Of a stretch of DNA of 64,000 nucleotides, positions 54,811 to 64,000 are shown piece after piece; the stretch's first letter is position 1; the number at the start of each line of letters is the position of its first letter. The DNA is from Eledone cirrhosa (lineage: Eukaryota): positions 37,510,001-37,574,000 of the forward strand of contig OZ024744.1 of assembly GCA_964016885.1 (NCBI GenBank). Reading direction: 5' to 3'. The notes beneath the pieces were generated by a model. The model worked only from the letters and a program-made list of their open reading frames with translations, was not told the origin of the DNA and did not search any database. A program made the translations under genes and the position numbers.

Positions 54811-55979
54811 ACAGATAAGATCATGAGAGTTGGGAAGGAACTCCGTGAGAGATATTCCCTGTGTGATAATCAAAAACTCACACCCAGGAATGTCGCTCAG
54901 CAGTATCGCAGTCAATCCATGGATGAAAAACTGCATGCCTATCAACAAAAAATCATGCATGGATATGTTGCCAGGAAGCTCCAGAGTGAGAGTAATATAG
55001 ATAAGGAATGTAGTCTATCTTGGACCAACAACCGCTATATTGGCTCCCACTTTGAAGGATACGCTTTTGCAATCCAGGAACAGGAGATTAGCACGAAATA
55101 CCTGATTCACAAAAGAGAAAGAGATGCAGGCAACCTAGATGTGATAACAAGTGCAGACTCTGCAAACTAACATCGAGAATATCACCCATGTCATCAGCAG
55201 CTGCCCAAAGATGTCATCGCTGTACTATCTACCTATGAGGCATGATGTAGTGGCCAAAACACTGTACAATGCAGTTCGTAAAAAATATAGCCCCGTTAAT
55301 AAACACATTAAAAGCTACAACAATGTGGAAGACATCCATGTACATAATATGAAAGAGTACTGGTGGAATGTTCCAGTAAAAACCCCAATAAAATGCAGGC
55401 ATAACAGACAAGATATTATGATTTGGGACAAGGAGAAGAAAACATGCATAGTAGTGGAAATTAGCTGTCCAGCAGATGCCAATATAATATCAAAGATTAG
55501 TGAAAAGGAGAATATTTATGCAGAACTGATGAGAAATCTGCAGATACTCCACCCTGATTACACCTTCAGATTTATGCCTGTGATTATTGGGGCACTGGGA
55601 TATGTTAGTAACTGCCTCAATACAAATCTTGAGAAGCTAGGCTTCACAGGAACAGGAAGAACACAACTAGTTAGGAAATTACAAGTACAATCCATTAATG
55701 GAACAGTAAAAATATGTAAACATTCCAAAAAATTTGCATCTAATAACTGCATATACACATGTACAGATACAAAGCATATACACATGCACACATACAACTC
55801 AAAACATACACATCCACACATACAATAACATCCATATCTACACATGCATGCATGCAGACATACATACATATCTACCTAGTTGATGTTGTGTAAATTCCAA
55901 TGAGAGGGTCTTGTGACTATGTAAGAAATCGACTCTCTCTCTATTGGTAAAACTTTGTGAAATTATATAACCAGAAGAA
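54811..55979 (+). mobile_element. R4/Dong-like LINE family B 3' fragment
   Basis: High identity to 52590-53753; same 3' junction; (TACA)n flanks. Confidence 0.92.
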
Positions 55980-56006
55980 CATACATACATACATACATAC
56001 ATACAT

Positions 56007-56611
56007 GGTGGCTGCCAACTCGTTTTCGAGTACGGCCACTACTTTATATCAATGTAGGAGAACCCCTACCGATGCGCTGAACGAGTGTGACTTTTTAGTC
56101 CAGCCAGCGACTTGAAAACTCTGGTTCAAACACTACACTTGTGACAATTATTGACACAGTGCTGGGCCCATGGTACCATTTGATGACAAGTGCAGAGAGA
56201 TCTCCAGATATAAAGCAATGCCTGTGCCGTGAAGCTTTTATAGTGAGCAAAGGCACTGCACAAAGCCAGTCCCACTCTCTTAACCAAGATGATATTTACC
56301 AAAAAGAAGAACAAGTCAACATCATTGGATACCATCAGGGTTGCAGGTGTTATATCAGAGTTTTCCTTCTCCTAGAATTCTGCCTTGACAAAGGCTAAGG
56401 GGTCATCTCTCCCGGTAATTATGGATGGCCATTAACTCTTAAGAGCTCCTTTGCCCTTTGACAGGTTTTGTTTTTAGTCCTGCAGGATGTCCAAAGTCAC
56501 CCTCCTCACCAAGAAACTTTGGTGGGGTTGCCAGTTTAGTCGCCAACGACCCGACCATGGGACAGGTTGTACTGGGATACATGTTACCATTAGCACCATC
56601 TGGTGACCTGA
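56007..56611 (-). mobile_element. RTE-derived non-autonomous element
   Basis: Same family, full length, (TACA)n flanks. Confidence 0.82.
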
Positions 56612-56653
56612 CATACATACATACATACATACATACATACATACATACATACA

Positions 56654-56684
<31 letters not shown>

Positions 56685-56984
56685 GATATTAAATTTATGC
56701 AATCGTTTCAAACAAGTTTCCACAGTGGGTGGTGGTAATAATTTCAATGGACCCTCTATGATCATTACTGGAAACAAAATAATATCGGAAAACCTTTGCT
56801 TAATTAGTTTTATGCTATTCAACTCCAGCAGCTTCTCAGCTATTTATGTTTTATTAGGCACAGAAGTATTTATGGCAGTAGAATATAGATCATATTTCTT
56901 AATAGTGTTGCTAGAGCATTACATATTTAATTTGTCCTGGTGCTCTAAAACACCAACTTCTTTATTCAGTATTCAGTATGTGGA

Positions 56985-57460
56985 AAAGCCAAATCTCGCT
57001 ATCTTCAATTCGGTTTTCATTCCAATCCTTACCTATGGTCATGAATTTTGGGTAACGACCGAAAGAATGCGATCGCGAATACAAGCGACCGAAATGTGCT
57101 TCCTCGGAAAGGTCTTTGGAATAACCTTATTCAATAGAGTGTGTAGCTCGGAGATCAGAGAGTCACTATAGTTAGAGCCACTACTTCTCCAAATTGAGAG
57201 ACCACAGCTCCGATAATATGGGCATTTGCTTAGAATGTCTCAGGAAAAATCACTGGACAGATTTTACGGGTAAAACCAACCGACAAGAGACCTAATGGTG
57301 GACCCCAAAAAGACGGTTGGATAACATCCATGAGCTTGGCTGGTATTACTTGAGGATCCAACTCGATCAGTTGGAGATGGTTGCTTCTGACAGGACGCGC
57401 TGGAAGCAGTGATTCGGGACTCTGGCCCCACTACCTATGTGCTTATTCTTCTTTACCTAC
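56985..57460 (+). mobile_element. RTE (Rex3/Expander-like) LINE 3' fragment
   Basis: IFNSVFIPILTYGHEFWVTTERMRSRIQATEM...SSEIRESL..EPLLLQIERPQLR.YGHLLRM. Confidence 0.85.
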
Positions 57461-57927
57461 TAAGTAAGTAAAGAAGAATGAGCACATAGCTGCATGCAGT
57501 GGAAGAAAAATATGTAAAAATATACAAAATCCAACAGCATATAGGACAGAAAATATAATAATATTCCAATACATATATATGTATACAAATATATATACAG
57601 GTATTTGCAAGCATGGCAACTCCGTCGCAATTTGATCACCACATACGATGGATAAGTACGACTGATGTAGTGTGTTCTTACTTGCTTACACCTGTTTTTC
57701 AATGGGACGTTACAGTACAGTAATCAGCAATATATATAGTGTTTTCGATGCTCAGAGAGTGGGATTGGTCGAGTGCAAGGCCTTTCCCCACTTAAAAAAA
57801 CTTTCAAAAAACAGACATTGCTTGCTTAGGATCTGTTACAGGTTCGTGTGCCTGGTCATAGCCTAAAAGCGCACAAAAATCTATAATCTGAGAAGCCATT
57901 GCAATACTCTTAGCAGAGTTTTCAACG

Positions 57928-57970
<43 letters not shown>

Positions 57971-57974
<4 letters not shown>

Positions 57975-58022
57975 ATTAGCCGTCGAAACGGCTTGAGCTC
58001 AGCTGTCGGGGTCTTACTGGTT

Positions 58023-58024
<2 letters not shown>
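57971..58024 (+). mobile_element. 54-bp half-hammerhead insert in (TA)n
   Basis: aattagccgtc GAAA CGGC ttgagctca GCTG TC ggggtcttactggttcc. Confidence 0.62.
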
Positions 58025-58074
<50 letters not shown>

Positions 58075-58338
58075 TTTATGTTTAGTGGTTCACCTCTGGA
58101 TAACATAGGTCATTCCGTTTAGTTAGACATGATGTAATAGTAGGGAAAGCACACTACATTAGACAATTCATCCATTGGTGTTGTTGAATCCTGTGGATGG
58201 TGCAGGGACAGAATTTAAATACGATGATGTCACCGGGAGCCTACGTAATCAGGCCAATGAAATACATATGTAGTGGTTTTGCAACAATGAAACTTTAAAG
58301 GAACTTCACCAGTCCGGCCTCTGTTTCTTTTAATGAAA

Positions 58339-58442
<104 letters not shown>

Positions 58443-58565
58443 TATCCACGGTAAGCTGTGGGGTCTATTCTACATGAAGAACTCAATGCAATCCGTTTGT
58501 TGAAAGTGTTGTAGGTTAAGATACATCCCGGGAAACAATAAAACATTAAAAGGAAAACAGAGTCA

Positions 58566-58627
<62 letters not shown>

Positions 58628-58878
58628 AAATAAATTAACGGAGTCATAGACTCGCGTTAGTGCCTGTAAATTATGTGCTCAAAGGAAAAGGAATCCTGGG
58701 CTCTTCAAATACAATATGTAGAAAGGATAACACACCGGAGAGAGAGAGTGTGTGTTATCAATATACAGGGAAAACCACCAGTGTATGAAATCTATAAACT
58801 ACGAAAGGTGAGGTAGACACGCAATAATGAAAAGTATAAATCAAAATGAGTTATATAATAAACAACATAAGATAATTA

Positions 58879-58951
58879 TTTCATTTACCAAAGGTTTCAC
58901 GAAAACAGATGAGCTTGGCAGATACGTCTACCTTCAATCGTCAGGATGAAA
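58879..58951 (-). ncRNA. Type I hammerhead ribozyme
   Basis: tttcatc CTGACGA ...GAAA CC-ttt-GG TA aatgaaa. Confidence 0.7.
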
Positions 58952-59274
58952 TGAATTTTATTAAAATACGCACACACACGCACACATGCACAATGTGATA
59001 TGTGCGTGTGTGTGCGCAAGTGTAAACGTAAGGACGCATGTATATGTGTGTGTTTGTATTTGCATGTAGGCGCACATTTACTTATGTGTGAACGTATAAG
59101 TTTACGTATATGCGTGAGTTTGTTCTTGTATATGTGTTTGTATATATACATATACATTTTTTATTGTTATGTTTCCCCTTTGCATTATGTCCGTTATTTT
59201 ATTTCAGCGTCGCTTTCAATTATCCTAGACTCTGTTTTGAAATCCATAAGTCACTTCCATTTTAATAAAATTCA

Positions 59275-59338
59275 TTTCATTCTGAAGATTGAAGGCAGAC
59301 GTATGTGCCTGTCTTCGTGAAACCTTTGGTAAATGAAA
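59275..59338 (+). ncRNA. Type I hammerhead ribozyme
   Basis: tttcatt CTGAAGA t-TGAAGGCAG...CTGTCTTCG-t GAAA CC-ttt-GG TA aatgaaa. Confidence 0.83.
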
Positions 59339-59373
59339 TAATTATCTTATGTTGTTTATTACATAACTATATA

Positions 59374-60257
59374 CGAGGTGTGTCAGAAAAGTTCCAGGAC
59401 TGATGTCACAAAAGAGTTATTTCAAACCCAAACTTCACACTAAGAGTTTTCTCCTTCAAAGTAATCTCCCTGGAGTCTAATGCACTTTTCCATCCTTTTC
59501 TGCCATGTTTGCATGTACTCCTGCAAAGATTCTTCTGGGATCCTCCGCAGATCCGTCGTCATGGCCTTTTGATGTCGTCCACGTTTCCAAAACGGATCCC
59601 CTCCGGGTCGTACTCGAAGGTCCATGACTCATCACCGGTGATGACTGTCCCTAGCAAGTCTGGTTCGGTTTCAAGACACTCGAGGATGTCTTGGCACACT
59701 TACATGAGTCGACCCTTCTGGTCATCGTTCAGCAGTTTTGACACCATCTTCCGCAGACTTTCCGCATGTCCAAATTTTCAGTGAGAATCTTCCAGACGCT
59801 GTCCCGATTCATGCCCAGCTCATTTGGCATCAGTCGAACAGTCAGCCGCTACGCACCATCTTCATGACGCGCTCAACGTTGACTTCATTCCTAGTTATTG
59901 AGGGCCTTCCGCTCCTGGGGTCATCTTGCACCATTCAAAAACACGTGAGCATGACATCGGCTCATCTTCATACACTTGCTGCAGCAATCCCAGTGCTTCT
60001 GACGGAGTTTTCCCCAACCGTACCAGAAACTTGTTTGAAAAAGTTTGTACGTTGCTCTGTGCTCATTGCTTGACGACCTGAAACAGAGGACATGTTTATA
60101 CACTTATGTAGAAAAATGTTTGATCGCTGCAGAAAGCTAAGATTACAGTTACATACTCCAGGGGGATTACTTTGAAGGAGAAAACTCTTAGTATGAAGTT
60201 TGGGTTTGAAATAAATCTTTTGTGACATCAGTCCTAGCACTTTTCTGATACACCTCG
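59374..60257 (-). mobile_element. Internally deleted mariner transposon with long (~105 bp) TIRs
   Basis: TA-CGAGGTGTGTCAGAAAAGT...CTTTTCTGATACACCTCG-TA; transposase remnants EQRTN..., MRKVC..MVSKLL, VITGDESW..YDP, W.KRMEKCIRLQGDYFEG. Confidence 0.92.
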
Positions 60258-60296
<39 letters not shown>

Positions 60297-60415
60297 TTAC
60301 ATATATATATATATTTACAGATGGTAACATGAATGGACCTGTTATTTTTCTCTTAAAACAGTTTTTCCAACTCCACCGCTGCCCGTCCCTTCAATCTTTC
60401 TAATTCCTCATTCTT

Positions 60416-60458
60416 TCTTCTGATGGAGGATGGAGGACTAGCGTCCGAAACATTAAGA
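60416..60458 (+). ncRNA. Degenerate minimal hammerhead
   Basis: tctt CTGATGG a GGATG...CGTCC GAAA CA TT aaga; core mutated. Confidence 0.4.
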
Positions 60459-61054
60459 TTCTCTTCCTGCTATTTCAAGCGTTAAACCAATATATTCCTT
60501 CCATATACTGTACCGATTGTGTTGTTATTTCTGTTTAACTTTTATATATATATAGATATGTACCAGATAAATCCTTTAAATGGTACCCTCATAAAACCCA
60601 GAAGCTTAGAAATGATAACACACTTATAGAATTTATAAAAATAATATATAAATAACCAGCAAATAATCCTGAAATCTGGAGTCTTCACCCTAATATTATA
60701 AATTAAATATTTTCAAATTTAACCGTTTAACTTTCTGAAAAAATCTCCTTCTGCATATATCACCCCCCCCCCTTTATCTTTCCCTCTTTATGAATCCTTT
60801 TCCAGTGGCTATCACTGGCTATTATAATTCATGAGATATTTTCCTAGATATATCGTAGTATCTTACATTTTAAAATCTCTAGAACAGTTACATTAAGCAA
60901 CGTTTTCCTACTCACACATTCTCTAATGAATTTATTACGTTTTCGTATTTTCTCATAATTAGGGTATATATGTTATATCTTCTCTTAGGTTAATCACTAC
61001 CTTGATTAAATCTTAACCATTTAATATCTCAGGGTATGTCATGTATCATTATAT

Positions 61055-61103
61055 TTTGTCTGATGAGGACGTACTGTTGTACATCCAAAATATGTATAAT
61101 AAA
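61055..61103 (+). ncRNA. Degenerate hammerhead in probable pLTR remnant (about 60560-61255)
   Basis: ttgt CTGATGA GGACGTAC-tgtt-GTACATCC AAAA TATGT ataa; GAAA mutated. Confidence 0.45.
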
Positions 61104-61248
61104 ATGTAATTGATCAAAAGAACATCTATTTTATTAATATTTATATTTTAATATTAATAACTCTGGAAAATTATTTTTCCCGTACAGTGCTTCCAATCTA
61201 CTGTAAAACTCATTCTTTGATATACTCATTGAATTTTGTTTAACTCTT

Positions 61249-61296
<48 letters not shown>

Positions 61297-61306
61297 ATAT
61301 ATATAC

Positions 61307-61390
<84 letters not shown>

Positions 61391-61709
61391 GTATTAAAGT
61401 AGTATCAGAACAGTTAGTTCACCATACGGAGAACAATTGTTACACCTATATATATGAAATGAGTCAGGACCCCGCTATGGAGTGTTGACTCTTTTCTTAT
61501 TACCCACTCTACTACCATAAGTATCGAGTACTCTGGTGCGTTATGGTCCACTTAGTATCTTACCACACCTTCTTTGTTATATATATATATACATAAGTTA
61601 AAAAGGTCATACAAACTGAGACGATGGTTAAGAAGCCATTAACCATCTGAGCCAAAAACGCGAACATGCTAAACGGGTCGAACAAAATAAGATATGATTG
61701 AAATATATG

Positions 61710-61782
<73 letters not shown>

Positions 61783-61783
61783 T

Positions 61784-61815
<32 letters not shown>

Positions 61816-62022
61816 ACTTACATGTGGGCGGGGGCGTTTCCAGTATGATGTTGGTGGAAGTGGAAAATAAGAAAATCAGTGCTCTAAGTTTTAAAGGACG
61901 TCTACATCTGGAAGGCCAATTCCTTTCTATGTGGAAACATTGTCACCAGATCGATCTTCAGCTACCATAACATTGATTCCGACCATTTCTAAATAACTTT
62001 CATTATTTTCTGGCTGTATAAT

Positions 62023-62513
62023 GGCGGATTGGCAGTATCGGTAGAGGGTCCGACGCATGCTTTTCAGCACAGTTACGTCGTTTTACGGACTGAGTTCAAA
62101 TCCCGCCGAGGTTAACTTTGCCTTTCATCGTTACAGGGTCGATAAAATAAAGTACCAGTAATGTACTGGGACAATTGCTGGCCTTGTGCCAAAAGTAGAA
62201 ACAATTATTTTCTGGCAGTATCGGTAGAAGGTCGGAGGCCATGCTTTCCAGTATAGTTACGTCCCTTTACGATCTGAGTTCAAATCCCGCCGAGGTTAAC
62301 TTTGCCTTTCATCGTTACGGGGTCGGTAAAATAAAGTACCAGTAATGTACTGGGTAATTACTGGCCTTGTGCCAAAATTAGAAACAATTATTTTCCACGT
62401 GGATTGGCAGTATCGGTAGAGGGTCGGAGCCATGCTTTGCAGCATAGAGTTACGGCCCTTTATGATCTGAGTTCGATTCCCGCCGAAGTTAACTCTGTCT
62501 TTCATCCTTACGG
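62023..62513 (+). mobile_element. Three head-to-tail tRNA-SINE copies
   Basis: 62023-62208, 62213-62392, 62401-62513 (last is 3'-truncated). Confidence 0.9.
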
Positions 62514-62736
62514 CGATACTGCCAACTACCGTTTAATAATAATCTCAGCCCCATATTGAACTGTTGAAAATATATAGTATTTTCTAATGTAGACATCGGC
62601 TGAATAATCTCATTTGCATACCGAGCGACTGACTGCGGGCCTTGCCGATAAAGATATATATTTATATTTTACATCCTGGATTATTCCCCTTTGTTATAGT
62701 ACTAAATGAATATGATGAATTATTATTTCATAAAGG

Positions 62737-62919
62737 GGGTGAATTGGTAGTATAGGTAGAGGGTCGGACGCCATGCTTTCCAGCATAGTTACGTCCCTTT
62801 ATGGTCTGAGTTCAAATCCTGCCGAGGTTAACTTTGCCTTTCATCCTTACGGGGTCGATAAAATAAAGTACCAGTAATGTACTGGTTTATTTGCTGGCCT
62901 TGTGCCAAAAGTAGAAACA
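62737..62919 (+). mobile_element. tRNA-derived SINE
   Basis: TSD attatttcataaagg at 62722-62736/62920-62934. Confidence 0.92.
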
Positions 62920-63174
62920 ATTATTTCATAAAGGCGTGTTTAACACGATGTACTTTTAATGCTATCTTTAAACTCGTCCGATGAATAGTTCACAGATTTG
63001 CTCGCTCTTACATGTATTTTGCACGACATTGTACTATCTGGTGAGATGGCCATAAATGGACTTTGAAAGCTAAGGTTACGCTTTTTTGTTCTGCGCATGG
63101 ACATAAATAAATAATTTAATATTTAATATATGTGTGTGTGCATGTGTGTCTATGTATTATACATGTATATATGT

Positions 63175-63219
<45 letters not shown>

Positions 63220-63296
63220 TGTGCGAGTGTGTGTGTGTGTAGAAAATGGCCGTTAAACAATGATAATGATGATGAATATATATATATATATATATA

Positions 63297-63531
63297 TCAC
63301 CTTGATCACCTTCACCGACCAGTCTGTCGGGCGCTATTCGGCGCCGCTGGTCACAACACGTCGTGCTGTTTTAGCCATAAGATAACGCCATCCCCCTGGC
63401 TGGGCGGGCAGGCCGGTACTAATTTCTATAGCTGAGTAAACTGGAGCTACCCATCACCCGGTCTGAGAATTGTACTCACAACCTTTCGATTGCAAGCCCA
63501 ATGCTTTAACCACTAAGCCATTCGTCTTCAC
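63297..63531 (-). mobile_element. tRNA-derived SINE, different family
   Basis: Minus: tggcttagtggttaaagcattgggcttgcaatcgaaaggttgtgagtacaattctc (tRNA head) + ctccagtttactcagct core. Confidence 0.7.
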
Positions 63532-63550
63532 TATTATATATATATATATT

Positions 63551-63609
<59 letters not shown>

Positions 63610-63610
63610 G

Positions 63611-63655
<45 letters not shown>

Positions 63656-63684
63656 GTGTATGTATATATATATGTGTATGTATA

Positions 63685-63773
<89 letters not shown>

Positions 63774-63794
63774 GTATATATGTATATGTATATG

Positions 63795-63857
<63 letters not shown>

Positions 63858-63858
63858 G

Positions 63859-63942
<84 letters not shown>

Positions 63943-63945
63943 CAT
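63532..63945. repeat. (TA)n/(TATATG)n array
   Basis: Directly visible. Confidence 0.95.
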
Positions 63946-64000
63946 ACAAATAAAACATAGAATTATTAACACATATAGATACCCTGCAATTAACAAGCTC

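Larger units (their letters stand above)
58849..59370. mobile_element. Mini PLE with inverted pLTR ends, each with an HHR
   Basis: 58849-58966 inverts 59260-59368; related to the 42153 family. Confidence 0.8.

Overview
AT-rich eukaryotic intergenic/intronic DNA saturated with microsatellites ((TA)n, (CA)n, (TACA)n, (TAG)n, (TAGA)n) and nested transposable elements. The SINE families and repeat style resemble octopod cephalopod genomes (inference from memory, not a database result). No host protein-coding gene could be supported, and nearly all [12 protein letters not shown] ORFs are microsatellite artefacts. Penelope-like elements (PLEs) dominate. There is one apparently intact RT+GIY-YIG ORF (28438-30576, minus strand) with a 1.2-kb inverted pseudo-LTR, several decayed PLEs, and many fold-back (palindromic) pLTR remnants inserted in (TA)n. 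Manual folding finds about 20 type-I hammerhead ribozyme (HHR) motifs in these pLTRs, from several unrelated families. Recurrent non-canonical cores include U3-A8 compensatory (UUGANAA), U4A (CAGAAGA) and U4C (CCGAAGA); many also have a mismatch at the base of stem II and a very long stem II. A shared TTTGCTC...GAG-NN-CTC motif lies downstream of the ribozymes, and one pLTR carries an E2F/E-box/CCAAT/TATA module. Also present: R4/Dong-like RLE LINEs inserted in (TACA)n, a ~600-bp bipartite RTE-derived non-autonomous element, RTE and CRE LINE fragments, tRNA-derived SINEs, and mariner-type elements/MITEs. All coordinates and folds were derived by eye.
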